A stretch of 64,000 nucleotides of DNA. Origin: Parcubacteria group bacterium M6-OD1-1 (lineage in GTDB: Bacteria; Patescibacteriota; Minisyncoccia; GWC2-36-17; M10-OD1-4). Below are positions 19,881 through 28,971 of this stretch, piece by piece; position 1 is the stretch's first letter; each line of letters opens with the position of its first letter. Where the stretch lies: NCBI GenBank assembly GCA_003056085.1, contig LSNK01000005.1:10122-74121 (forward strand), in the 5' to 3' direction. The notes beneath the pieces were generated by a model. It ran no database searches, was not told the DNA's origin, and was given only the letters and a program-made list of their open reading frames with translations. Made by a program: the position numbers and the translations under genes.

Positions 19881-21113
19881 ATGGACCCACAAAACAACGA
19901 ACCCCAAGACAACCCAACGCCTAAAGACCTTCCGATTCTCGATGACAGAAAAGTAGAAACTCATACAATGCAGGAAGATTTGCAAAAAGCAAGTCCGGAA
20001 GAATCAGAAGATCAAGAACAAACTCCAAAAGAAACTGCTGATTCTCCTGAACCTCAAATACCTACACCTCCAACTCCTCCGTTAATACCTCAAAAACAAG
20101 AAACCAAAAAATCGATTTTTGACAAATTTAGAAAACCAAAAGGAATTGAACCGACAGCGCCTGATATACCAAAATTAAAAAAAATGATGCCAAAACTTTC
20201 GGCTGTAGAAGGATCGCCGGAAAAAGAAGAAAGACAAGAACCAACATCCGACATTTCAGACCAAAAACCAAAAATATCCGCTTCTGAAAAAAAATTAGAC
20301 ATCAAAATCCCCGGCAAAAAAAGCAGGCTTTCTATGATAATAATTTTTACAGTGATACTGACGATAGTTGCCGCAGGTGCAGGGTTTGGCTATTATTGGT
20401 TTTTTGCAAAAGAAGCTCCAAAAGAAACAACAAATAAACCGACCCAAGAACAACCGGAAGTCATTGAAGTTCCAAAACCTGTTGTAAAAGAACCTAAAAT
20501 AAAAAAACCAATTAAAGAAGTAGTTTCTATAGGGATACCTGAGCCTAAAATTCCACAAACCAACATAGACTTTGCTCAAACTATTATTACTACTGCAGAC
20601 AAAAAAGACAAAAGTGAATTTATAAAAAATTTAAGAGCAGATTCAAAATCAATAGCAGGGGATGGAACAATAACAAGACATTTATTTAAGATTTCAAATG
20701 ATAACGAAAAAAGATTTTTGACAAACAAAGAACTTATGAGCACTCTTGGAATCTCAATACCAAATGATGTTTGGCCGTACATAAACAATATTGAATTTAT
20801 AAGCTATAAAGTCGGCAACTCTATAAGGTACGGATTTATCGCAAAAACAACAAATGAAGACGCTCTTAAAGAAAATATGAAACAGTGGGGAACAAAAATG
20901 ATACAAGACTTAACGCAGCTGTTTATGGGAGAACCTATAACCATCCCTGAAAATCCTGCTTTTTCTAAAAATTCTTATCTTACATTTAAAAAAAGATACA
21001 TCAACTTAATAAGTCCTGAAATAAGCTTGGACTACGCAATATCAAAAGATTATCTTATTGTGGCAACATCAAAAGATATGATGTTTGCATCAATTTTGCA
21101 GGTTCAGAAATAA
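19881..21113 (+). CDS. hypothetical membrane-anchored protein
   Basis: Pro/Glu/Lys-rich disordered N-terminal region of about 140 aa, single TM (MIIIFTVILTIVAAGAGFGYYWFF), then an extracytoplasmic domain of about 250 aa. Confidence 0.5.
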   Translation: MDPQNNEPQDNPTPKDLPILDDRKVETHTMQEDLQKASPEESEDQEQTPKETADSPEPQIPTPPTPPLIPQKQETKKSIFDKFRKPKGIEPTAPDIPKLKKMMPKLSAVEGSPEKEERQEPTSDISDQKPKISASEKKLDIKIPGKKSRLSMIIIFTVILTIVAAGAGFGYYWFFAKEAPKETTNKPTQEQPEVIEVPKPVVKEPKIKKPIKEVVSIGIPEPKIPQTNIDFAQTIITTADKKDKSEFIKNLRADSKSIAGDGTITRHLFKISNDNEKRFLTNKELMSTLGISIPNDVWPYINNIEFISYKVGNSIRYGFIAKTTNEDALKENMKQWGTKMIQDLTQLFMGEPITIPENPAFSKNSYLTFKKRYINLISPEISLDYAISKDYLIVATSKDMMFASILQVQK

Positions 21114-21117
21114 AACA

Positions 21118-22065
21118 ATGAACAACCAAATAAGAACTTCTATAATTTCAACATTGGCGCACTACGAAGCAGAAAGAGGACTACCTCTTTCTGCTTTTGA
21201 AATTTATAAATATTTACACAAAAAAAATTCAGGGAAAATAACATTATCTCAAATATTAACAGAGCTTGATAATATTAAGATAACCAATGAAACTATAACA
21301 AATGAAAATGGTTTCTTTTTTCTAATAAACAAACAAAGCTCAAAAGATAAATACAGCCAAAGAATTAACAGGGATAAATTATCCATAAAAAAATGGAAAA
21401 AAGCAAAAAAAATAATTTGGCTGATGCAAACAATTCCATTTATAAAATCAATTTCTGTCGCAGGGTCGCTCTCAATGAACAACACCTTAAAAAACAGCGA
21501 CATTGATCTTTTTTTAATAGTAAAAAAAGGAAGGATATGGACGACAAGAACCTTAAGTATGCTGCTTACTCAGCTTTTAGGACAAAGAAGATACGACAAA
21601 AAAATAACTGATAAAATCTGTTTAAACTACTACATAACGGAAGGGTCAGAGCCTCAAATAAAGAACTTGGCTTCAGCAAATATATTTTTAAGAACAATTC
21701 CCGTATATGAAATGACCTCTTATAATAATTTTTTAAAAGACAATTTTTACTGGTTGGAAAAATATTTTTTAAATTCAAAAAATCAATTCAAAATTCAAAA
21801 CTTTCGGAAAATCAAAAAAAATAAAACTCTCTTAAAATTAAAAACTTTTTTTGAATACATGCTTTCAAAAAAAATCGGAGACAAAATAGAACAAACACTT
21901 TCTTTGTGGCAGAAAAAAAGAATTGAAGAAAAAACAAGAAAAGAAACAAATATAACAAATTTAATATTTACCGATGAAATTTTAATGTTTCACTGGCCAA
22001 ATCCAAGAAATAAGGAAGTGCTGGAGAAGTACGAACAAATCCTCAAAACTATGCATTATACTTAA
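21118..22065 (+). CDS. putative nucleotidyltransferase (Pol-beta/MNT-like fold)
   Basis: ISVAGSLSMNNTLKNSDIDLFLIV matches hG[GS]...DhD of the NTase fold. Start probably MNNQIRTS at 21118. Confidence 0.45.
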   Translation: MNNQIRTSIISTLAHYEAERGLPLSAFEIYKYLHKKNSGKITLSQILTELDNIKITNETITNENGFFFLINKQSSKDKYSQRINRDKLSIKKWKKAKKIIWLMQTIPFIKSISVAGSLSMNNTLKNSDIDLFLIVKKGRIWTTRTLSMLLTQLLGQRRYDKKITDKICLNYYITEGSEPQIKNLASANIFLRTIPVYEMTSYNNFLKDNFYWLEKYFLNSKNQFKIQNFRKIKKNKTLLKLKTFFEYMLSKKIGDKIEQTLSLWQKKRIEEKTRKETNITNLIFTDEILMFHWPNPRNKEVLEKYEQILKTMHYT

Positions 22066-22096
22066 GTATCAAAATAGTCTTGACTATTTTGATACT
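22066..22096. terminator. perfect 12-bp palindrome directly after the stop codon
   Basis: gtatcaaaatag-tcttga-ctattttgatac. Confidence 0.5.
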
Positions 22097-22117
22097 AAGA
22101 TATCTATTTAGTACACA

Positions 22118-22330
22118 TGAACGCTTTACAAAAAAATATTCTCTCAATTAAAACAAAATTTTACTAAGAGAAAAATCATTATCGGTTCACATCAAATTGG
22201 AAAAACAATGTTAATGAAAATCTTGAGAGAAAAATCACCAACAAAATCAAAATCTGTTTTTATTGATATAGATATTATTTCCAATGTTTTTAAAAATCTG
22301 TGTGACAACTATCTAAATATAAAAAAATAA
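22118..22330 (+). pseudogene. frameshifted and truncated remnant of an AAA+ ATPase (PF13173/DUF4143-type N-terminus)
   Basis: ATG MNALQKNILSIKTKFY stop. A shifted frame continues TKRKIIIGSHQIGKTMLMKILREK...SVFIDIDI (Walker A GxxxxGKT) then stops. The rest of the gene is absent. Confidence 0.5.
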
Positions 22331-22447
22331 TTACATCCGAATCTTCGTCAAAAACAATAATCCTAATTTCAGGACATATCTCATTATGTTTAATTGTTTT
22401 ACAGTTCTTTATAACCTATGACACCGGAAGCAAACTGTAAATTGCTT

Positions 22448-23155
22448 TTAGCTTGAGTTTAAATATCTATAAGCTTCAATAATCCAATTATCTATATTTG
22501 GCTCATTGTCCCACAACTTCTTCATGAGAATTATGTGTTTTTCATGTGCGGGATATACTTTTGTTTCTACTTGACCATGCATAGCGATAAATTCGGGCAA
22601 GTCTAAAATCACACCATTAAACAACTCCGCCAGATCCCAATATATTCCATCATCTGGATTTAATTTTGCAAAAACATCAGAGTGATTTCTATTTGCATAA
22701 TCATAAAAAAAGAAATGTAATACTTCATGAGCAGCAATATAATTAGACCCCGCTCTGTGTTTGTAGAATATTTGAAATGTTTTGCTGTCTAAAAATCTTG
22801 GATTGCAATTTATTATTGACAAGTAACCGATATATTTTCCTTCGGGTGTTTCTGGATTTTTGAATATTTTATTTATTTGTTCAATAAATTTATTCTCAAC
22901 AGGTTCCCAGTCTTCGCGGAATTGTTCAATACAGTCAAGGAGTTCCTTCTCGTGTTTTTTGTAGTATCTGTCAAAATAATCATTGATAATTTCCTTTCTT
23001 TCTACCTCGCTTTTTTCTTTAATATTTTTTATTTCAGGATGCGGACCAGTTACTCCTTGAGAAAAATCCACACCACCTGCCTCGTTATCCAAAAACACAA
23101 GAGCCATCTCTTTATCAAGTTCTTTATTTAGTTTAAATGTTATATGTAATTTCAT
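22448..23155 (-). CDS. hypothetical protein with HExxH motif (possible zincin-like metallopeptidase)
   Basis: 235 aa with AAHEVLHFFFYD. No other recognisable family. Confidence 0.4.
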   Translation of the reverse strand: MKLHITFKLNKELDKEMALVFLDNEAGGVDFSQGVTGPHPEIKNIKEKSEVERKEIINDYFDRYYKKHEKELLDCIEQFREDWEPVENKFIEQINKIFKNPETPEGKYIGYLSIINCNPRFLDSKTFQIFYKHRAGSNYIAAHEVLHFFFYDYANRNHSDVFAKLNPDDGIYWDLAELFNGVILDLPEFIAMHGQVETKVYPAHEKHIILMKKLWDNEPNIDNWIIEAYRYLNSS

Positions 23156-23214
23156 AAATACTTAAAATCATTAATTATTGTTTGTTTGTAGATAAATTTA
23201 ATTATACCAAAAAT

Positions 23215-23239
23215 AAAGGCAAGCGCGTAGCTTGCCTTT
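23215..23239. terminator. GC-rich hairpin at the left border of the GC-rich island
   Basis: aaaggcaagc-gcgta-gcttgccttt. The same GGCAAGC/GCTTGCC stem recurs at 23605-23637. Confidence 0.5.
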
Positions 23240-23258
23240 GAAATTAAGCACTGTCTGT

Positions 23259-23507
23259 TCAATCAACATCCGACAGAATATGGTTGGCTCCATTTAGTAT
23301 ATATTTATACCCCAAACAAGTAACCACTTGTCCATTGTAAAAATACCAGCCCGCTTCCTCAACCTCTATCTCATCACCAACACGAAGCCGATAATCCAAC
23401 GCATCATTAATATCAAGATACGCCTTACCAAGATCTGTTTCAATAACAGCAAGGATTTTATCGTTAGTAAAACCAACAATCTTACCTTTCACATTTGAAG
23501 TACTCAT
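23259..23507 (-). CDS. hypothetical small protein (82 aa) on the GC-rich island
   Basis: GC-rich codon usage unlike the host. Preceded on the minus strand by a GGAGG RBS, and the conserved promoter-like block lies upstream. Confidence 0.5.
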   Translation of the reverse strand: MSTSNVKGKIVGFTNDKILAVIETDLGKAYLDINDALDYRLRVGDEIEVEEAGWYFYNGQVVTCLGYKYILNGANHILSDVD

Positions 23508-23547
23508 GGCACACCTCCTCAGGTGATTAAATTGATTTTAAAAAAAC

Positions 23548-23610
23548 AAACTATCTCTTTGAAAATTCTACTAAAAAAAGTTGAAGTAAAATTCTCAAAA
23601 AATAGGGCAA
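23548..23610 (-). promoter_or_regulatory. conserved promoter/operator-like cassette, copy 1
   Basis: A 21-nt block aaactatctctttgaaaattc and a block aaattctcaaaaaatagggcaa shared with copy 2. Confidence 0.4.
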
Positions 23611-23637
23611 GCTACTCGAATCATTCTTTCGCTTGCC
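23605..23637 (-). terminator. intrinsic terminator of the 85-aa gene (minus strand)
   Basis: GGCAAGC-loop-GCTTGCC followed on the minus strand by cuauuuuuugag. Confidence 0.5.
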
Positions 23638-23645
23638 AATATGCC

Positions 23646-23903
23646 TCAAGGACCTAAATCCAAAATAAGTTTCTCCAGTACTCTGTTTCCTTCCTGAATA
23701 CGCCTCATGGATTCCTCAATTATCCTTTGGGTCTTTTTGTCGGCTTCCTGCCTTTTTAGGTGCTCTGCTCTTGCTCTGGCCGTGTGCATTATTACATGTT
23801 TCAGAACTTCTTGCGCCTCCTTTAAATCTTCTTCTTCAGAAGCAAAGGCAATATTTCCAAAAACAAATACCAATGTTACCAAAATAGCTGTTAATGTTCT
23901 CAT
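23646..23903 (-). CDS. small secreted helical protein (85 aa, signal peptide)
   Basis: MRTLTAILVTLVFVFGNIAFA signal peptide followed by a charged helical region. AGGAGAAG RBS upstream on the minus strand. Confidence 0.55.
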   Translation of the reverse strand: MRTLTAILVTLVFVFGNIAFASEEEDLKEAQEVLKHVIMHTARARAEHLKRQEADKKTQRIIEESMRRIQEGNRVLEKLILDLGP

Positions 23904-23932
23904 GACGCTTCTCCTTTTGGTTCAATTTAAGT

Positions 23933-23986
23933 AAACTATCTCTTTGAAAATTCCAACAATGCTGAAATTCTCAAAAGATAGGGCGA
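23933..23986 (-). promoter_or_regulatory. conserved promoter/operator-like cassette, copy 2
   Basis: Same two sequence blocks as 23548-23610. Confidence 0.4.
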
Positions 23987-23999
23987 ACGTTTGCTCGCC
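23980..23999 (-). terminator. intrinsic terminator (minus strand) ending the structured GC-rich segment
   Basis: GGGCGAGC-aaacgt-TCGCCC followed by uaucuuuug on the minus strand. Confidence 0.45.
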
Positions 24000-24208
24000 C
24001 AGTAAAACCATTAACCACGATCACGCCCGGTTACCAGCGAGGAGTCTGAGCGTATCTCCTGTTGTAGCTCTGATGAGAGTTTCAGTCTGTTATGCCTCTC
24101 ATCGCACCTGTGTGAGCAGTGCCCACCAAGTATCCTTGTTGATTTATTACACGCAGTCAGACCAAGGTCTGCGTGGAGAGGGTGTTACGCGAACGGTTCT
24201 AATCATCC
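24000..24208 (-). ncRNA. GC-rich structured non-coding segment (about 52% GC) downstream of the Zn-ribbon gene; class unknown
   Basis: Multiple local helices (GAUGAGAG/CUCUCAUC, GCAC/GUGC, CAGAC-CAAG-GUCUG, GGAG/CUCC). Only spurious overlapping ORFs cover it. Confidence 0.3.
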
Positions 24209-24436
24209 TCAATACTCCTCCCACTCGAGCTCCTCAGCTATTTCTCGCCAATATTCTTTATCGTCATCCGATATTTCAGAGGATGCCTGTGCCTGGCATT
24301 GTTGGTAGAAATAGAGCAAACCGGACGCCTTTTCAGAGTCATCTGCAATACACTCATTGCAGATGAATTCCCCGGCGACGCCGTGCCTGCCAACTTCCTT
24401 GTCCTTCTCGCACATCTCGCATTTGTATGTTTCCAT
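24209..24436 (-). CDS. small zinc-ribbon protein with acidic C-terminus
   Basis: CEMC...CNEC four-Cys ribbon, DDDKEYWREIAEELEWEEY tail. GGAG precedes METYK. The ORF track extends it to 24487 from a GTG. Confidence 0.5.
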   Translation of the reverse strand: METYKCEMCEKDKEVGRHGVAGEFICNECIADDSEKASGLLYFYQQCQAQASSEISDDDKEYWREIAEELEWEEY

Positions 24437-24695
24437 GACATTCTCCAACCCCAGAAAACCCGAGGCGCGGCTGCACCAAAACGGCACTGCTGTCTACACA
24501 CCAATCGCTTACGCTCTTGGGTAGACAGGTTGCGAAATATTCGCGATGTTTAATTTAAATGAACAATCTTTATTAACTGCCCTAACCATACAAGAAAAGA
24601 CATTGACAGTAAAATTATTTTATGTTTTAAATTTAGATACCCAAAATACCCTTTTAAATAATGGTTATTTTGAATGCTTTATCTGTCGGAAAAAC

Positions 24696-24723
24696 TTGAC
24701 AAAATGTGTTATTTTGTTATGCT
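24696..24723 (+). promoter_or_regulatory. sigma70-like promoter TTGACA-16-TATGCT, predicted leaderless transcript for the HTH regulator
   Basis: The -10 ends 6 nt before the ATG at 24730, so the TSS is expected at or next to the A of ATG. Confidence 0.4.
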
Positions 24724-24729
24724 TTTATC

Positions 24730-25536
24730 ATGAAATTATCATCGGAAAAAATAAAACTGCTTGGTTTATCTTGCAAAGAGATTCAGGTTCTTGATGCTCT
24801 ACGGGCGGGACATTCTACTCCGCTTCTTGTATCTGAACACACAAAGGTCTCTCGTCCTGCGATATATGAAATACTTGCCCGTCTGCACAAACGTGGACTC
24901 ATTAAAAGCAACATTAAAGACGGGAGGAAATACTGGTCGCGGGCAAAAGACAGAGATCTGGAGCGGGCACTCTATGAAACAAAGAAAGCGTTATTTGATT
25001 TTGAAGAAGGTGTTGAGGAAGTACAAGGACTTTCGGACTCAACTGTAATTGTACACAGAGGTGGTGAGGCAATTCGCAAGATAGTAATGGATATTGTAAA
25101 AAACCACAAAGAAGAACGCTTGTATGCGATACAAGGAGATGCTCCTGCTATTAGCTGGAGTAAAATAGTTGGTCTTGAGAGGATTAATGAGATGAATCGC
25201 CTTATTAAAAAGAACAGGATAATAACTGAACTTATCTTTCCTACTGGATGGTTTGAGAGACAAGTAAAACTCCTTGGTAAAAAATGGGCGGAGGACTTTG
25301 GAGAAAGAGCGGCGATATCGCATGAAATTGACGAGGATTACTTTAAACATGCAGGGCAAATATGGATATTCAAAAATTCCGTCTATCTTATCGCAATGAA
25401 TGAAGAAATTATCATTGAGGTGCGTAATTCTGAAATACAAAAACTCTTACTTTCCATGTTCAGCTTCATCCAAAACAATTCACGAAAATTTGATGTAAAT
25501 GCGCGATTGAGAAGTTTGATAGAAAAAGAAGATTAA
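24730..25536 (+). CDS. winged-helix transcriptional regulator (TrmB/MarR-like N-terminal HTH) with a C-terminal domain of unknown function
   Basis: LLGLSCKEIQVLDALRAGHSTPLLVSEHTKVSRPAIYEILARLHKRGLI. GC-rich codons at the N-terminus. The ORF-track start at 24706 is probably too early. Confidence 0.55.
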   Translation: MKLSSEKIKLLGLSCKEIQVLDALRAGHSTPLLVSEHTKVSRPAIYEILARLHKRGLIKSNIKDGRKYWSRAKDRDLERALYETKKALFDFEEGVEEVQGLSDSTVIVHRGGEAIRKIVMDIVKNHKEERLYAIQGDAPAISWSKIVGLERINEMNRLIKKNRIITELIFPTGWFERQVKLLGKKWAEDFGERAAISHEIDEDYFKHAGQIWIFKNSVYLIAMNEEIIIEVRNSEIQKLLLSMFSFIQNNSRKFDVNARLRSLIEKED

Positions 25537-25581
25537 AAATTTCAAATATATTAAAACTCTTTAGGCCTCTATTTTCTACTT

Positions 25582-25630
25582 AAAAAAATCACTACTTATT
25601 GCGCGACCGCGCAATAAGTAGTGATTTTTT
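25582..25630. terminator. perfect palindromic bidirectional terminator at the right border of the island
   Basis: aaaaaatcactacttattgcgcg-acc-cgcgcaataagtagtgatttttt. Confidence 0.6.
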
Positions 25631-25740
25631 ATTTCTCCTCTTGTTTTAAACAACAAAAAATATTAAAATATAAAATATAAAGTAATAAAATGCATTTTAA
25701 GGAAAATAATATCTGATTAATAATTTTATAAATCAAAAAT

Positions 25741-26103
25741 ATGAAACAAGTACAAATAGAAGAATTAAAAAATAAACTAATTGAGGAAAAAGAAAGATTA
25801 GAAAAAGAACTTTCCTCATTTGCAGAAAAAAATCCAAAAGTAAAAGGAGATTGGACTGCAAAATTTCCAAGCTTTGGAGACCACAAGTCAGAACAAGACG
25901 AAAACGCAGATGAAGTTGAAGAATATATCGCAGAGGTTTCTGAGGAGCACATCCTTGAGTTGAGACTTAAAGACGTAGATGAAGCTTTGGAAAAAATAGG
26001 AACAGACGCATATGGAAAATGTTCAGAATGCAGTGAAGAAATTCCTTTCGCAAGACTTCAGGCAAATCCTGAAGCAAAAACCTGCATAGAACACGCAAAA
26101 TAA
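25741..26103 (+). CDS. DksA/TraR family C4-type zinc-finger protein
   Basis: Coiled-coil N-terminus and C-terminal CSECSEEI...KTCIEH four-Cys motif, 120 aa. Confidence 0.75.
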   Translation: MKQVQIEELKNKLIEEKERLEKELSSFAEKNPKVKGDWTAKFPSFGDHKSEQDENADEVEEYIAEVSEEHILELRLKDVDEALEKIGTDAYGKCSECSEEIPFARLQANPEAKTCIEHAK

Positions 26104-26242
26104 GAATAAAAATTAAAAACTTTAATTTTTGAGCACAGGTCGCAGCTAAAAAAGCGGAGTGAGGTTGAGCCGTACTTACAGCTACGGTGAAACTAAGCGA
26201 CAATTTTTTAGCAAGAGATGCGCCAAAAATAAAAGTTTTACT

Positions 26243-27763
26243 ATGCCTTCAAAAGTTTTTTCAGCAGCGCTATACGGAATAGATGCCAAAATAATAGAGG
26301 TGGAGTCCGATATATCACACGGACTCCACTCTTTTAATATCGTCGGACTTCCCGACAAATCGGTGGACGAATCAAAAGACAGGGTAAACTCCGCCATTAA
26401 AAATTCCGGATTCACACCGCCTAAAAAAACAAATCAAAAAATAACCATAAATCTTGCTCCTGCAAAAATAAAAAAAGAAGGACCCGCATACGACCTTCCT
26501 ATCGCACTTGCTTATCTTTTAGCATCAAAACAGCTGATACTTGATCTTAAAGATAAATTATTTTTAGGAGAACTTGCGCTTAACGGAAAGGTAAGACCGG
26601 TGCAAGGTGTGCTCTCTATTGTAAGTACAGCGCAAAAAAATAATTTTAAAGAGGTAATTGTCCCGCTTGAGAATTTTAAAGAAGCAAGCCTCATAAAAAA
26701 CATTAAAATAACGCCTGTTGGAACTTTGTATGAATGTATTGATTATTTGAAAGGCAATGAAATTCAAATTCCAAAATTAAAAGAAAAGAAAAAAATAGAA
26801 AAAATTTCTGATTTTGATTTTTGTTATATCAAAAGCCAAGATCAAGCAAAACAAGCTCTTAAGATAGCAGCTTCCGGAGGACATAATGTTTCTATGTCCG
26901 GACCTCCCGGATCAGGAAAAACCATGCTCGCCAAAGCATTTATGACTATTTTACCGGAACTTTCAAAAGAAGAACAAATAGAAACAACCAAAGTTTACAG
27001 CGTTGCGGACAGGTTGGAAGAAGGGGAATATTTAATAGAAAAAAGACCTTTCCGGTCACCTCACCACTCATCCTCTTTAGTTGCCTTAACGGGAGGAGGA
27101 ACGCATGCAAAACCCGGAGAAATAAGCTTAGCTCATAACGGCGTTTTGTTTTTGGATGAATTCCCAGAGTTTCAAAAAAATGCCATAGAAGCCCTAAGAC
27201 AACCTCTTGAAGATAGAAAAATAACGATATCAAGAGCATCCGGGTCTTTTTCATATCCTGCAAAGTTAATTTTAATAACCACACAAAACCCTTGTCCGTG
27301 CGGATATTACAATACAGGACAAAAAGAATGCACCTGCAGCATGCACAGCATAATGCAATATCAGAAAAAGATATCAGGACCAATAGCAGACAGGATAGAT
27401 ATGCAAATAGAAGTTCCTATGGTTGAACATAAAAAACTGTCAGACGACACTGAATTAGAAAAAAGTTTGAATATTAAAAAATCAATTCAAAAAGCAAGAA
27501 AAATTCAAGAAAACAGATTTAAAAAAGAAAAAATATATACAAACTCAGAAATGTCTCAATCTCAAATAAAAAAATATTGTAAATTGGATGAAGAATCTCA
27601 AATATTCTTAAAAAACATATCAGAACAAAATAATCTTTCCGCAAGAGCCTATTTTAAACTGATAAAACTATCAAGAACCATAGCCGACCTGGAAGAATCA
27701 GAAAATATAAAAACGCACCACCTCGCAGAGGCGGTGCAATACAGAATTAAGAGCAAAATATAA
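26243..27763 (+). CDS. comM: Mg-chelatase-like AAA+ ATPase YifB/ComM
   Basis: N-terminal Lon-like domain (SAALYGIDAKIIEVESDIS.GL..F.IVGLPD), Walker A GPPGSGKT, Walker B FLDEF, and C-terminal Mg_chelatase domain. The ORF-track start at 26159 is probably extended. Confidence 0.85.
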   Translation: MPSKVFSAALYGIDAKIIEVESDISHGLHSFNIVGLPDKSVDESKDRVNSAIKNSGFTPPKKTNQKITINLAPAKIKKEGPAYDLPIALAYLLASKQLILDLKDKLFLGELALNGKVRPVQGVLSIVSTAQKNNFKEVIVPLENFKEASLIKNIKITPVGTLYECIDYLKGNEIQIPKLKEKKKIEKISDFDFCYIKSQDQAKQALKIAASGGHNVSMSGPPGSGKTMLAKAFMTILPELSKEEQIETTKVYSVADRLEEGEYLIEKRPFRSPHHSSSLVALTGGGTHAKPGEISLAHNGVLFLDEFPEFQKNAIEALRQPLEDRKITISRASGSFSYPAKLILITTQNPCPCGYYNTGQKECTCSMHSIMQYQKKISGPIADRIDMQIEVPMVEHKKLSDDTELEKSLNIKKSIQKARKIQENRFKKEKIYTNSEMSQSQIKKYCKLDEESQIFLKNISEQNNLSARAYFKLIKLSRTIADLEESENIKTHHLAEAVQYRIKSKI

Positions 27764-27873
27764 AGAATCAAAAAAAACGACTTCTTATTTTAAAGAAGTC
27801 GTTTTTTTATAATACTCTATTAAACTTTTATTACTAACTTTAGGATGCTCAATTTATGCTTCTTAATTCTTTT

Positions 27874-28971
27874 TTAGTATCTCCAATAATTAGCAAGCGG
27901 GTTCTTTGCTCCTCTCACTTCAAAATGAAGATGACAACCTGTAGACTTGCCAGCTCCCTGCATTCTGAATAATCTACCGTTTATATATTCAAAACCACCT
28001 CCTATAACTCCTATTTGCTGTCCTTGTTTTACCGCTTGTCCAGCTCTTACAAAAACATTTTTCATGTGAGCATATAATGTATTTGTTCCGTTTGAGTGTT
28101 TTATTTTTACATAATTTCCATATCCTCCAAAAACTGAGGCTCCGAGCCTTGCTCGGGATCTTGTTGTTTTTGCTGAGACTATTGTTCCTGACGCTGCTGC
28201 ATAAATAGGAGTCCCGCATCTATTTGCAACATCAACAGCATTGTATCCGTGAATTCCTTGTGTTTTTCTTCCTTTGGTTGGAAAAATAAAATACTTGCTT
28301 GCGTTTATTGTTGACTTGGCATAACTTATAGCTCTTCTTCTTGGTGCTGAATATCTTTGAGGCATCTCTCCGTCTTCAATTATTAAAGTCTCTCCCACTT
28401 GAAGCGAGCCGTCTGCGGGCAAACCATTGTAAGCTATGATGTCTGACGTTTTAACTTTATATTTTTTGGCTATCCCAGAAACCGTCTCTCCTTTTTTAAC
28501 GTCATGCTGAATGCCCGTAACCGGTAAAATCTTCAATTCCTGTCCTTCTTTAATATAACTTGTTGCTCTTAGGTTGTTTGCCCACAAAACTGTATTTATA
28601 GTAACACCAAACTCTGCTGCTATCTTAGAAACATTGTCTCCACTTTTGACCGTATAAATTATAGTCTTGTCCCTTTCATTTTTTGATGTATAAGTTGTCA
28701 AAGCGGCAAGATTAGGCATCAAAGAATCATCTCCCGTTGTACCGACGTCGGTGTATTCAGAGTCTCCGGGACCACCCTTTGCAAGCATATCCACTTCATT
28801 ATAAATCAAAGAATCCTTATTATTGAAATTTTTAGCGTTCACTGCGTTTGCCTGCATTTGAATGGTAGGCGTTTCTACAGACTCAGAGTCAAAAACTCCT
28901 AAACTGAAAGCATTTACCCTACCCGTATTTTCTGCAATATTGATAAATAAAACAAACATAAATGCAGCCAA
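27874..28971 (-). CDS. LysM-domain M23 family peptidoglycan endopeptidase
   Basis: Two LysM repeats (YTVKSGDNVSKIAAEFGV, HDVKKGETVSGIAKKYKV) and M23 motifs (HxxxD-like HSNGTNTLYAHM, GCHLHFEV). Confidence 0.85.
   Translation of the reverse strand: MAAFMFVLFINIAENTGRVNAFSLGVFDSESVETPTIQMQANAVNAKNFNNKDSLIYNEVDMLAKGGPGDSEYTDVGTTGDDSLMPNLAALTTYTSKNERDKTIIYTVKSGDNVSKIAAEFGVTINTVLWANNLRATSYIKEGQELKILPVTGIQHDVKKGETVSGIAKKYKVKTSDIIAYNGLPADGSLQVGETLIIEDGEMPQRYSAPRRRAISYAKSTINASKYFIFPTKGRKTQGIHGYNAVDVANRCGTPIYAAASGTIVSAKTTRSRARLGASVFGGYGNYVKIKHSNGTNTLYAHMKNVFVRAGQAVKQGQQIGVIGGGFEYINGRLFRMQGAGKSTGCHLHFEVRGAKNPLANYWRY

Noticed and set aside
24095-24140. CUGAUGAG / GAAAC strings that resemble a hammerhead ribozyme core.
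   Set aside because: The sequence after the stem II hairpin is AUCGCACC, not GAAA. On the opposite strand the box reads GCGAUGA, not CUGAUGA. No consistent stem I/II/III arrangement can be drawn.
23944-24366. 140-aa plus-strand ORF, and the 88-aa (24238-24504) and 84-aa (24299-24553) ORFs, in the island.
   Set aside because: They overlap the structured GC-rich segment and the Zn-ribbon gene, and their low-complexity Arg/Ser-rich translations are typical of spurious frames in GC-rich DNA. No RBS or motif.
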